Below, one piece after another: positions 30,929-41,581 of a stretch of DNA of 64,000 nt; the first letter of the stretch is position 1, and each line of letters starts with the position of its first letter. The stretch is from an uncultured candidate division Zixibacteria bacterium (GTDB lineage: Bacteria; Zixibacteria; MSB-5A5; GN15; FEB-12). Both the position numbers and the translations under genes were made by a program. The stretch is taken from positions 576,001 through 640,000 of the forward strand of contig CAWDXE010000001.1 of NCBI GenBank assembly GCA_963806185.1, written 5' to 3'. The notes under the pieces are model-generated. The model was given only the letters and a program-made list of their open reading frames with translations, made no database searches and was not told the DNA's origin.

Positions 30929-32365
30929 TCAATTCTGAGAAGGGGCGACGCTGCGTTTGAATATCACATACGTAACCGGGGCACCCGATGAGACCGACGA
31001 GTACTCCTGCTCCTGAGTGTACATAGACAGGAAAGCAGTATCATGGATGAACCCGCTGATCGGACTCCCTATCATGGCAACAATCCACTCCGGCCGAAAG
31101 TCTCGTATCAGCCCGGCGTAATCCCCAGCTCGATTATATGCCACCGCCGACGGCGACACCAAGCCGTCGCGATCAAGGATAGGCTTCCCGGAGTAAAATC
31201 CGATATACCCGATGTCCTCGGCGGCAACCGTCTGGCCGTCCTCGACCGCTCGGTTCAGATACAGGCCGATCTGCCGATGCACACTATCCAGTGTAGCCTG
31301 CATGTCTCGATAAGACCGGGCCGTCGAATACGAGCCCGCCAGCAGAGTGACTGCCAATCCCAGGATCACACTTGTGTGTACCCAACCGCGTCGACTGCTG
31401 CGCAGCCAGGATAGCCTCTCCGATGCAAATTGAAGACAGCCGCCTGCAAACAGCAGCACGACAGGATAGAGCGGAGCTACATACCAGAAGAACAGATGTG
31501 TTCCGCTCAAGGCGTAGAACGCGATCATGGCCAGCAGCCACACCGCCGCCAGGCTGCCCCAGCACTGAGTGCGGGACAACCAGCGCCAGCCGATCACGGC
31601 TGCGATGGTGAGGATCCACCCAACGGGCGATTTCAGTGCCAGAAGATACACAACATTATCAAGAACCGTGGTCGAACCGAAGCGCGAGTACAGCGCCAGC
31701 TTGGCTGTCACCGAATGCGGCAGGGGTGAACCGAAGTACCAGGTAGAGAAGACAAGCCAGGGAATGAGAAGTGTCAAAATCGTGAGGAGATTGGCTTTCC
31801 ACATCGGAGGATCCCGGCGCGACTCATGCACCAATAGCAACAGCAGTAGCAGCGCCCCTTCAGGGCGAGTCAGGGTGGCCAGAGTGGCCATGCCGACAGC
31901 GTAGACGCCAAATCTCCTGTGAGAGTAATAAAAGGCCGCGGTGATCAGCAGGGTGAACAATGCGGTCTCCATGCCGCCGGAGTCCGCCGGTAGAGATCGC
32001 GGCCATAACGCGTAGGCCAGCGCCGGCACGACTGCCCAATCAACCAAGCGAAGGCGCAACGCGAAGAGATAGACTATGACGGCCGTTACGCCTGAAGCGA
32101 CTACGGATATCATGACCGCCAGCGTTGGGATCGGAATCGAGGTCAATGAGAGAGCGGACAGCAGGAAAGTGAACAGCGGTGTCGACGTCCCCAGCACCCG
32201 CTCACCGGAATTGTAAACGAAGCCGAGGCCGTGAGCGATATTCGAGGCGTAGCGAAAGGTGATGAAAGCGTCATCGGCGAGAAATAAGGTCCAATAGTGA
32301 AAGCCGAATCGGGCGACGACGGCAATGAGAAAGACCAGCATAACCGTTCGGTCGCGCTGCGTCAC
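30929..32365 (-). CDS. Polytopic GT-C-like membrane glycosyltransferase (paralog of 21793-23391)
   Basis: DDAFITFRYA.N...G.GFVYN.GERVLG, GMET and TRPEG. Confidence 0.7.
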   Translation of the reverse strand: MTQRDRTVMLVFLIAVVARFGFHYWTLFLADDAFITFRYASNIAHGLGFVYNSGERVLGTSTPLFTFLLSALSLTSIPIPTLAVMISVVASGVTAVIVYLFALRLRLVDWAVVPALAYALWPRSLPADSGGMETALFTLLITAAFYYSHRRFGVYAVGMATLATLTRPEGALLLLLLLVHESRRDPPMWKANLLTILTLLIPWLVFSTWYFGSPLPHSVTAKLALYSRFGSTTVLDNVVYLLALKSPVGWILTIAAVIGWRWLSRTQCWGSLAAVWLLAMIAFYALSGTHLFFWYVAPLYPVVLLFAGGCLQFASERLSWLRSSRRGWVHTSVILGLAVTLLAGSYSTARSYRDMQATLDSVHRQIGLYLNRAVEDGQTVAAEDIGYIGFYSGKPILDRDGLVSPSAVAYNRAGDYAGLIRDFRPEWIVAMIGSPISGFIHDTAFLSMYTQEQEYSSVSSGAPVTYVIFKRSVAPSQN

Positions 32366-32368
32366 ACG

Positions 32369-32557
32369 TTACCCCGCGTCTTCCACGTAAACATCAAGAT
32401 CGAATTCGTTGGAATGATCGTTGTACCTCGCCCGGATGACATTGGGGCGGCAGCACACCGCACAGTCCTGAACCATTTCCTGCTTGTCCCCTTCACTCGG
32501 ATCGAGCAGGATGTCGTTTTCCTCGCCGCAGCAGGCGCACATGAATATCTGGTCCAT
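32369..32557 (-). CDS. CPXCG-motif cysteine-rich small protein
   Basis: MDQIFMCACCGEEN...QDCAVCCRPN. Confidence 0.85.
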   Translation of the reverse strand: MDQIFMCACCGEENDILLDPSEGDKQEMVQDCAVCCRPNVIRARYNDHSNEFDLDVYVEDAG

Positions 32558-32563
32558 GTCCGA

Positions 32564-32592
32564 AAGGTAGACGATGCAGTTTTTCCTGTCAA
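32564..32592 (-). promoter_or_regulatory. Leaderless-type promoter of the CPXCG gene
   Basis: TTGACA, 17 nt, TACCTT, 6 nt, ATG. Confidence 0.65.
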
Positions 32593-32637
32593 TCGACGAT
32601 GTACATTTGGCTGCTGTTTGCGGGTGAATATACACTC

Positions 32638-32665
32638 AAAGAAAGAGCCGGCACCGGCCGGCTCT
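32638..32665 (-). terminator. Intrinsic terminator of the RRM gene
   Basis: On the minus strand AGAGCCGGC-CGGT-GCCGGCTCT followed by TTCTTT. Confidence 0.7.
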
Positions 32666-32693
32666 CGAATAGTATGCGTAGATGATTGCGAGC

Positions 32694-33014
32694 TTAGTGC
32701 CGATCTCGACCACCACCGCCCGAACGGAATCCGCCGCCGCGACCGCCACCGCCGCCGCCTCGCGAATCCATTTCCCGCGGGCGAGCTTCGTTGACTTTCA
32801 GCGCCCGGCCCTTGACGTCCGCTCCGTTGAGCCCGTCAATCGCGGCCTGACCCTCTTCGTTGGACGCCATCTCGACAAAGCCGAAGCCGCGGGATTCGCC
32901 CGAGAGCTTGTCTTTGATGATCGTTACTTTCTGCACTTCGCCGTACTGACCAAAGGCTGCGCGCAGATCCTCTTCTGTTGCCCCGTAGGCAAGGTTGCCG
33001 ACGTAGATGTTCAT
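32694..33014 (-). CDS. RRM RNA-binding protein with Gly/Arg-rich tail
   Basis: RNP2 IYVGNL, RNP1 RGFGFVEM, tail RGGGGGGRGGGF. Confidence 0.95.
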   Translation of the reverse strand: MNIYVGNLAYGATEEDLRAAFGQYGEVQKVTIIKDKLSGESRGFGFVEMASNEEGQAAIDGLNGADVKGRALKVNEARPREMDSRGGGGGGRGGGFRSGGGGRDRH

Positions 33015-33197
33015 TCTTCCTCCTCGAAATACGCTTCACCTTCCAACAGACTATGCCCGAGCCCAGTCGGTACTGCGATCCTCACGAAACCATTTCCAGT
33101 CACTTAATTTGAAGAGTTATCTGGCGGAACAGAGGGGAACTGACGGTCCATACATTGGTCTATGGCACAGAGTTGCTGGCATATTAACTTCCACAGG

Positions 33198-33226
33198 AAT
33201 GTATCAATCGTCTCCCCTTTCGTCAA
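33198..33226 (-). promoter_or_regulatory. Promoter of the RRM gene, implying a 5'UTR of about 175 nt
   Basis: TTGACG, 17 nt, TACATT on the minus strand. Confidence 0.6.
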
Positions 33227-33369
33227 CACAAAATATTCCCTTGAGGACTCCGACATCACCTCTTGAGTCTGATCGAATCTGCCGCAAGGCCAGGAAACCT
33301 TGTTCAAGATTATCGGGACGGCTTGTGAATATCGGCACATGTATCGAGCTGCCCAGCCAATTTTAACGC

Positions 33370-33398
33370 TTGCCCGCCAGTGACATCGCACCTACCTT
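33370..33398 (+). promoter_or_regulatory. Putative eno promoter
   Basis: TTGCCC, 17 nt, TACCTT. Confidence 0.5.
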
Positions 33399-33414
33399 TT
33401 CGCCAGAAGAATAG

Positions 33415-34737
<1,323 letters not shown>

Positions 34738-34759
34738 AATTCTCCTCTGAGATGTAAAG

Positions 34760-34795
34760 AAGGCTGGTGCGGTTGTCGCACCAGCCTTTGCTTTT
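34760..34795. terminator. Intrinsic (probably bidirectional) terminator between eno and menE
   Basis: AAGGCTGGTGC-ggttgtc-GCACCAGCCTT followed by TGCTTTT. Confidence 0.8.
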
Positions 34796-34824
34796 GCGCC
34801 GGGCGACGTCGAGATATCACATTG

Positions 34825-36234
34825 TCAGTCCGAAGCCACCAGTGCGGCCAGCCGCTTTCGATCAACTTTCATCCCCGCCTCTCCGGGCGGCCAGGTGTAG
34901 AAATAGTCGGGAATCTTGAATCGCGGCAAATGACGTTCAAGATGCATGACCGCCAGCCGCTCATCGATAGAACGGCCGTCGAGGGTCCGCACAAAAGCCG
35001 CCGGACGGAATCCAAACTCCGCGTCGGCTACCGGTACCACCACTGCATCCATGACAAAATCCAATTGAGTGAGCAGGCGTTCTATTTCTTCCGGCTGGAT
35101 GTTTTCGCCACCGGAAATGAACATGTTGTCCTTGCGCCCATGCACGCGCAGGTACCCATCTTCGTCGACTTCTCCCAGATCACCCGTGTGATACCAGCCG
35201 TCGGCGTCAAACGGCTTCACCGTATTCGGTCCATCGACGTATGCGATGAACCGGGTCTTGCCGCGTACGAGAATCTCGTGGTCCGCCGCAATTTCCATCT
35301 GATGCTCTGTCAGCACCCTACCGGAAGTCAAAAGGCGTTCGAGTGTATCACCCTTGCCGGTCGTGGCGACCTGCGAACTCATTTCCGTCATTCCATAACT
35401 CGTGTACAATGGCAAGCCCAACGCATGACCGGAACGAATCAGAAACCCCGGCATGGCGCTGCCGCCAAGAAGCACCGCCTTCAAGTTGTGCTGAATACCC
35501 ACGCCGATCGCCTCGATGAAGCGTATGAACTGAGCCGACACGAGCGATAGGTGGGTTACGTGGGAGCGTAAGGTGACTTCAACAAGATCGTTCATCCGCT
35601 GAGGGATAACGACCGCTCCTCCCCCCACAATCGAACGAAAGAGGATAGCCAGACCACCAACATGATAGAGCGGCAACGAGAGGAGCCAACGATCACCGGT
35701 CATGAATGGGATGTTTTCATTGGATCCGATGGCGTTGTAGTAATGATTGGCGTACGAGTGCAGGACGGCTCTCGGCCCGGCCGATGATCCACTCGTAAAC
35801 ATAATCGTAGCTGGGAGATCCGGATCGAGATAGGCCGGGGCGCCCGACCTTTCGGACGCCTCATCTATTGTCGGAAGTTTCACAATCTTGAAACTTACTT
35901 TCGGCGACTTACCGGAAACCTCCATTAGACAATCAGCACCGCATTGGGTGAGTGCCTGTTGGATCCCCTGCTCCGGAAGTCGAGGGCTTAGCAGGCAGGC
36001 CACCGCACCCAGACGAAGCAGGGCCATGATCGCAACGGTCAACTCGACACTGGCTGTGTCGCACAGAGCTACCCGCATTCCCCGAGCGATACCAATCGAA
36101 GTCAGCTGTTTTGACGTTGCCGAAACCAGGGCGTCGTACTGCCCCCAGGTATAGGTGCGATCGTGACTGAGCAACGCCGGCTCATTGGGAAAGTGTTCCG
36201 CCAATTGATTTATCGGGCAGCGAAGCCTAGTCAC
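34825..36234 (-). CDS. menE: o-succinylbenzoate-CoA ligase
   Basis: FTSGSS, SLPLYHVGG, SYGMTEMSSQ and GRKDNMFISGGENIQPEEIE; men cluster context. Confidence 0.93.
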   Translation of the reverse strand: MTRLRCPINQLAEHFPNEPALLSHDRTYTWGQYDALVSATSKQLTSIGIARGMRVALCDTASVELTVAIMALLRLGAVACLLSPRLPEQGIQQALTQCGADCLMEVSGKSPKVSFKIVKLPTIDEASERSGAPAYLDPDLPATIMFTSGSSAGPRAVLHSYANHYYNAIGSNENIPFMTGDRWLLSLPLYHVGGLAILFRSIVGGGAVVIPQRMNDLVEVTLRSHVTHLSLVSAQFIRFIEAIGVGIQHNLKAVLLGGSAMPGFLIRSGHALGLPLYTSYGMTEMSSQVATTGKGDTLERLLTSGRVLTEHQMEIAADHEILVRGKTRFIAYVDGPNTVKPFDADGWYHTGDLGEVDEDGYLRVHGRKDNMFISGGENIQPEEIERLLTQLDFVMDAVVVPVADAEFGFRPAAFVRTLDGRSIDERLAVMHLERHLPRFKIPDYFYTWPPGEAGMKVDRKRLAALVASD

Positions 36235-37321
36235 CGGCCACCTCGGTCAACGCCGACTTGTCGATGAGCATCGGCAGAGCCTCCGGCAGAACTAGAGAAA
36301 TGTTCGGCAGGTGCCTGTCCATGGGGAACGTGAGAAGGTTTCTTCCAAACCACCGTAATGTGTCCAGCCCGGCCGGAATATCGTCCTGATTGATCGCCGC
36401 ACTCAGATTTGCCAGACAATATATGCCGAGCGATGATTCTATGGCCGAACTGATGACGACTTTCATGTGCATCTGGCGAGCACGCTCCGCCATGGAAAGA
36501 CACTTGAGGATGCCGCCGAGCACCGTGGGCTTCAGAATAATGGCCCTCGCATTTGCATACTGCCCAAGGTCATTCGTGCCCATACCGGAGAGAGTCTCGT
36601 CGAGTGCCACCGGCACTGGAGAGGAGGCGGCAAACTGATCGAGGGCATCAGAGTATTCAAGCGGCTCTTCTATATACTCCACTCGCGCATCGGCCACGCC
36701 TTCGACGAACCGCATCGCTTCTTCATAATCCCAGGCCTGGTTGGCATCCAGCCGCAGGGCCGTCTCCGGACCTAATAGTTCGCGCAATTTGTGCACCAAC
36801 TGGATTTCAGTTTCGACCGGTATTCGCCCTACTTTCAGTTTCACCGCGCGATAGCCGGCATCGCGAAGAACGGCCGCCTGGGTGAGATTCTCGTCCGATT
36901 TTTCGGAGAGCAGACCATTGACGGTTACAGAATCGCGAGCGTCGAATCGCAACAATTTCGCCGCTGCAGTTCCAGTCGAATCGGCAGCCAGGTGGAGCCA
37001 TGCCATTTCAAAGCCGAAGCGCACCGAGGGGAGTTCAATTACCGAGAAGAGTGTGTCGGCCAGAATGGGATCATCGGATGGTGAAGGAAGCGAGATTCCG
37101 ACCAGCCTACCGGCCAAAGCCAATGACTCGACAACAGCGTCATCAATTGTCTCCCGGCTGAAACCATCAAGGGGGGCGATTTCACCCCATCCCTCGTGGC
37201 CGTCATTGGTAGATAGGCAGACAACCAGCCCCTCGCGCGCGACCAGCATCTGACGGCGCATGTGAAGGGTCTGCGCCAGCGGGAGTGAATACCGATATAC
37301 GCGCACTCCGGATATCTTCAC
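36227..37321 (-). CDS. menC: o-succinylbenzoate synthase
   Basis: GEIAPLDGFS, KLKVGR, LRLDANQ, YIEEP, ALDE and ISSAIES. GTG start overlaps the menA stop. Confidence 0.92.
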   Translation of the reverse strand: MKISGVRVYRYSLPLAQTLHMRRQMLVAREGLVVCLSTNDGHEGWGEIAPLDGFSRETIDDAVVESLALAGRLVGISLPSPSDDPILADTLFSVIELPSVRFGFEMAWLHLAADSTGTAAAKLLRFDARDSVTVNGLLSEKSDENLTQAAVLRDAGYRAVKLKVGRIPVETEIQLVHKLRELLGPETALRLDANQAWDYEEAMRFVEGVADARVEYIEEPLEYSDALDQFAASSPVPVALDETLSGMGTNDLGQYANARAIILKPTVLGGILKCLSMAERARQMHMKVVISSAIESSLGIYCLANLSAAINQDDIPAGLDTLRWFGRNLLTFPMDRHLPNISLVLPEALPMLIDKSALTEVAGD

Positions 37322-38202
37322 AATACCCATCCTACGCTGAACAGGAGCGCGTAAAGAATCAACAGTCGCCCGGTACCGGCCAGTGCTGAGTTGAGCGACG
37401 GACCATCGGTCTGGGTGAAGACGGTGCGAATGGTCGGAATGGCCATGATGGGCATGATAAGGACAAGCAACAGGTACCCGCTCTGTCTGACAGTGAAGAA
37501 CAACACCACCGGGAGTCCGGCGGCGATCAAAAGCGAAGATAGGTATTCGATTCTTGCGAACGCTCGGCCAAATCGTGCGGCGAGCGTCCTCTTCCCGGCT
37601 TTCCGGTCGCCATCGATATCGCGAAGATTGTTGACCGTCAAGACTCCGACCGACATCAAGCCGGGCGAGAAACCCGCGAGAATCACCGGCCAGGTAATCT
37701 GCAGCGCCTGCACGTAGTACGTCCCTCCCACCGCCACCGGTCCAAAGAAGATCAATACGAAGACGTCACCCAGCCCGTTGTAGCCAAGTGGGTAGGGACC
37801 TGCGGTGTAAAGCACACCGAATAAGACAGAGCACACACCGATCATAACCACGGGCCATCCGCCGCGAGACACCAGGTAGAGTCCGATCAGGAAAGCGGCG
37901 GCAAACACGACAATTGTGGCTCGCTTCATTGTCTCTGCCGGGACCAATCCTGCCTGAGTCACCCGCACGGGACCGAGTCGATCGGCTGTGTCGGTTCCCC
38001 TGGCATGATCGGAATAGTCATTTGTGAAATTGGTACCGATCTGGATGAAAAGCGCCCCCAACAGCGCCGCGAATGCCGACAACCAATGAAACGCACCATC
38101 GGCAAATGCCATGCCCGTACCGATGATCACCGGGGCGATCGCCGCCGGAAGCGTTTTGGGGCGAATGGCCAGCAGCCAGACGGACAGTGGTGGGTGAGCC
38201 AT
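37318..38202 (-). CDS. menA: 1,4-dihydroxy-2-naphthoate polyprenyltransferase
   Basis: RPKTL, QIGTNFTNDYSD, GLGDVFV and NNLRDIDGD. Confidence 0.95.
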   Translation of the reverse strand: MAHPPLSVWLLAIRPKTLPAAIAPVIIGTGMAFADGAFHWLSAFAALLGALFIQIGTNFTNDYSDHARGTDTADRLGPVRVTQAGLVPAETMKRATIVVFAAAFLIGLYLVSRGGWPVVMIGVCSVLFGVLYTAGPYPLGYNGLGDVFVLIFFGPVAVGGTYYVQALQITWPVILAGFSPGLMSVGVLTVNNLRDIDGDRKAGKRTLAARFGRAFARIEYLSSLLIAAGLPVVLFFTVRQSGYLLLVLIMPIMAIPTIRTVFTQTDGPSLNSALAGTGRLLILYALLFSVGWVL

Positions 38203-38209
38203 AGCAGTG

Positions 38210-39031
38210 CTAGGGACGGCGGGGAAATTTTCCGAAATTCGGTTTCCGCTTTTCGTTGTAGGCGTTGCGTCCCTCCTGCCCTTCCTCACTCATGTAGAAA
38301 AGCATGGTCGCATTGCCGGCCAATTCCTGCAAACCAGCCTGACCGTCGCAATCAGCGTTGAGCGCCGCCTTCAGGCAACGAATCGCGATCGGGGAGTTCG
38401 CCAGAATCTCGCGACACCACTGCACGGTTTCGTCTTCGAGACGATCGAACGGCACGACCGCGTTGACCAGTCCCATGTCGAGCGCCTGTTGGGCATTGTA
38501 CTGGCGACAGAGAAACCAAATCTCGCGCGCTTTCTTCTGTCCAACCATCCGGGCCATATAACTTGAGCCGTAGCCGCCGTCAAACGAACCGACCTTCGGA
38601 CCGGTTTGTCCGAAGATTGCATTGTCGGCAGCAATAGTCAGATCGCACATGACATGAAGGACGTGACCACCGCCGATCGCATATCCGGCCACCATCGCAA
38701 TGATCGGTTTCGGGCAGGTGCGCATCTGACGTTGGAAATCAAGCACGTTCAGCCGATGGACGCCTTTGTCGTCACGATACCCGGCGTCGCCGCGAATACG
38801 CTGATCGCCACCGGAGCAGAACGCCTTGTCACCTGCCCCGGTGAGAATGATGACACCGATCGATTCGTCGTGGCGCGCATCTTCCAGCGCCTGTGACATC
38901 TGATCCACCGTTTGCGGCCGAAAAGCGTTGCGCACTTCGGGACGATTAATCGTGATCTTGGCGATCCCCTCTCCCTTGTGGTACAGAATATCCGTAAAGG
39001 TACCGACCGCCTGCCAGACTATCGTTGCCAT
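38210..39031 (-). CDS. menB: 1,4-dihydroxy-2-naphthoyl-CoA synthase
   Basis: [19 protein letters not shown] and [12 protein letters not shown]. Confidence 0.98.
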   Translation of the reverse strand: MATIVWQAVGTFTDILYHKGEGIAKITINRPEVRNAFRPQTVDQMSQALEDARHDESIGVIILTGAGDKAFCSGGDQRIRGDAGYRDDKGVHRLNVLDFQRQMRTCPKPIIAMVAGYAIGGGHVLHVMCDLTIAADNAIFGQTGPKVGSFDGGYGSSYMARMVGQKKAREIWFLCRQYNAQQALDMGLVNAVVPFDRLEDETVQWCREILANSPIAIRCLKAALNADCDGQAGLQELAGNATMLFYMSEEGQEGRNAYNEKRKPNFGKFPRRP

Positions 39032-39038
39032 GATTCGA

Positions 39039-39797
39039 TTATCCCTCAGCGAGAAAAACGTTCAGTTGTTCGGCCACGGCCCACGGCTGTTCCAGATGAA
39101 CCGCATGGCCCGCCTGTGCAATGATACACGGTTTGCCGTTTGGGCACAAGTCGGCCATGCGACGGGCAAGAGAGGCGTACTTTGAGTCCATCTCACCGGC
39201 AATGAAGAGTGCCGGCACGGTCAGACTCCTCAATTCTTCCCAGAGCGATGGTTGGCGCCCCGCCGAAAGTGATTTCAAAGCCTTGGCCAGCGACCGCGAA
39301 CTACCCTTGCCGCGCCGTTCGATCACTTTGGCGAGGAGTTCGGGCCTCGCTTTCAGCGACGCAAACAGCGGCTGACCGTACCAGTCATCCAAAAATGTCG
39401 GCAGACCTTCCGCCTCAAGCTTCATAGCGAGAGAATCGTCATTGCGTGCGCGTTCCGTTCGCTCGATTTCGGACTCAAGTCCCGGCGAGGCTGATATCAG
39501 GGCCAGTCGCTCCACAAATTGCGGATACCGAGTCGCCAAATAGAGGGCGATGCGGCCGCCCATAGAATAGCCGACCAGAGAGAAGCGACGGACGCCCATG
39601 GCGGCCACACTCTCCACAATGAGGAGCGAGCAACCATCAAATGAGAAGGCATTGGCCCCCACGTGGCTTTCACCATGCCCGGGAAGGTCTACCCCCAGCT
39701 TCATCAGGGTGCTGCCGAGTTTATCGGCGACCATTTTCCAGTCATCCTTGGCGCCGAGAAATCCATGAAGGAACACAACGGGACTAAGGTCACTCAT
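39039..39797 (-). CDS. menH: SHCHC synthase (alpha/beta hydrolase)
   Basis: FLHGFLG, GYSMGGR, WYGQPLF and GHAVHLE; men cluster context. Confidence 0.92.
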   Translation of the reverse strand: MSDLSPVVFLHGFLGAKDDWKMVADKLGSTLMKLGVDLPGHGESHVGANAFSFDGCSLLIVESVAAMGVRRFSLVGYSMGGRIALYLATRYPQFVERLALISASPGLESEIERTERARNDDSLAMKLEAEGLPTFLDDWYGQPLFASLKARPELLAKVIERRGKGSSRSLAKALKSLSAGRQPSLWEELRSLTVPALFIAGEMDSKYASLARRMADLCPNGKPCIIAQAGHAVHLEQPWAVAEQLNVFLAEG

Positions 39798-39829
39798 ACT
39801 AGCATTACTCGATGGTCCCCACTGAATCG

Positions 39830-41581
39830 TCAGGAAGCTTCGAGGGCCGTTCGCACTGACGCAAGAAGCTGTTGCCTGAACGCGGCGTCGGCGTGACGAT
39901 CAATGGGCAACTCGATGATCGCGGATCCGTTGCCCGCGGCTCGGTGATAGCTGTTTTCGAACGCCTGCATGTTCGACGGTGAATAGTAAGCAATCCCGAA
40001 TTGCTTTGCCGCCTGAGCAAAGGCTAGTCCGTGCGGCGCGATGAAGTAGGTCTCCAGTCGGTCGAAGGATTCCGCGATTGGCAGAAGTCCGAATATCGCC
40101 CCGCCATTATTGTTGAGCAACACAATCGTGACCGGAACTGTGGCTCGACGCACCAGGTCGAGAGAGTTCAGATCGTTAAGGAGGGCAAGGTCGCCCAGCA
40201 GCAAGGTCAGCGGACGCTTGCTCCCTTCAGCAAAGCCGACCGCCGAGGCAATGGTACCATCGATGCCGCTCGCACCCCGATTAGCCGCAACAACCACTGT
40301 ATGACCGTCCGATGCCGCGAAAGAATCCATATTGCGGATCGATAGACTACTGCCGAGAAACAGGGCGCTTTCGGAGAGGAGCAGGCGGGACAAGCGGTGG
40401 GCAATGGCCGGTTCCGAAAGCATGTCGCCGGATAAGTTAGTATTGAGCACGTTGGTGACAGACTTGTTGGCGCGCTGCCACCTGCCCAGGTAGTCCGACC
40501 CTCCGGGATCTACGATGTCCGGGAGTTCATGGCAGAATTCGGCCACCGAACATTTGATGCGATGTGTGACCCGGTGGGTCGGATCGTGGCGGCATGGGCT
40601 GTCCATCACACGAACAATGGCAGTTGATCCGTGGCCATACCGATTGAGCAGCCGCTTGGAAACCACCTGATCACCAAGATGCAAAACCACATCCGGCTGG
40701 AGAGTATCAAGCAGCTGATCGGACGAAAGAATCAGGTCTGCGCAAGAAATATACGAGTCGCTGTCGGATCCCAGCCGCAGTTGGGACTGAATGTCGGGCA
40801 GGACCGGCCAGCGCAGTCGTCGAGCCAACTCCTGCACCGCCGCTGCGTCGTCCTCGGAGGCAAGTCTGCCGGTGACAATTACCCCGCGCGAGGCTGAAGT
40901 GAGAAGGTCCTTTACGGTGCCCAGTTGCGGCGACGACACGGCTCTCACTGCGCCCGTATACTGTGTGAACGGCTCATGATTGCTTCGCCACCGTTCGAGT
41001 GGAGATAGATACGCGTCGTAGTCTTTTCCGTCTTGAACCGGAGCGAGCGGTTCGCGAAACATGCAATTCAGATGAACGGGACCGGCAGGCGAATGCGTCG
41101 CGCGAAATGCTGCGTGATCCACCGTGGTCAGCACCATCGCCGGGTCGATATCCGTCGTCGGACAGGGCATATCGAACTGCCACCGCACGTATTGACCGAA
41201 GAGGCCCGGTTGGATGATCGTCTGATTGGCGCCCGTATCACGCAATTCCGGCGGGCGATCGGCGGTCAGGATGACGAGTGGAATGCGGTCCTGCGACGCC
41301 TCGATGACCGCCGGCAGGTAGTTGGCCACTGCTGTGCCAGAAGTGCAGATGAGGGCAGTAGGCTGGTGATTTGCACGCGCGTGCCCCAGGGCAAAGTATG
41401 CCGCCCCTCGTTCGTCGAAATGCACGACGTTCCCAATACCCTCCTGCCGGACGGCCGCGACCACCAGCGGCGCGGATCGCGAACCAGGAGAGATGACTAT
41501 CATCCTCACTCCGAGGCGTGATAGTTCTTCCATGATCAAACTCGACCAGAGTGAGTTCAGATTTTTGGTATCGACAGTCAT
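39830..41581 (-). CDS. menD: SEPHCHC synthase (ThDP-dependent)
   Basis: PGSRSAPL, HFDERGA, CTSGTAVAN, ANRGASGIDG and GDLA...NNNGGAIF. Confidence 0.96.
   Translation of the reverse strand: MTVDTKNLNSLWSSLIMEELSRLGVRMIVISPGSRSAPLVVAAVRQEGIGNVVHFDERGAAYFALGHARANHQPTALICTSGTAVANYLPAVIEASQDRIPLVILTADRPPELRDTGANQTIIQPGLFGQYVRWQFDMPCPTTDIDPAMVLTTVDHAAFRATHSPAGPVHLNCMFREPLAPVQDGKDYDAYLSPLERWRSNHEPFTQYTGAVRAVSSPQLGTVKDLLTSASRGVIVTGRLASEDDAAAVQELARRLRWPVLPDIQSQLRLGSDSDSYISCADLILSSDQLLDTLQPDVVLHLGDQVVSKRLLNRYGHGSTAIVRVMDSPCRHDPTHRVTHRIKCSVAEFCHELPDIVDPGGSDYLGRWQRANKSVTNVLNTNLSGDMLSEPAIAHRLSRLLLSESALFLGSSLSIRNMDSFAASDGHTVVVAANRGASGIDGTIASAVGFAEGSKRPLTLLLGDLALLNDLNSLDLVRRATVPVTIVLLNNNGGAIFGLLPIAESFDRLETYFIAPHGLAFAQAAKQFGIAYYSPSNMQAFENSYHRAAGNGSAIIELPIDRHADAAFRQQLLASVRTALEAS

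Noticed and set aside
32700..32762. (CCG)n-like repeat tract
   Set aside because: It simply encodes the Gly/Arg-rich tail of the RRM protein.
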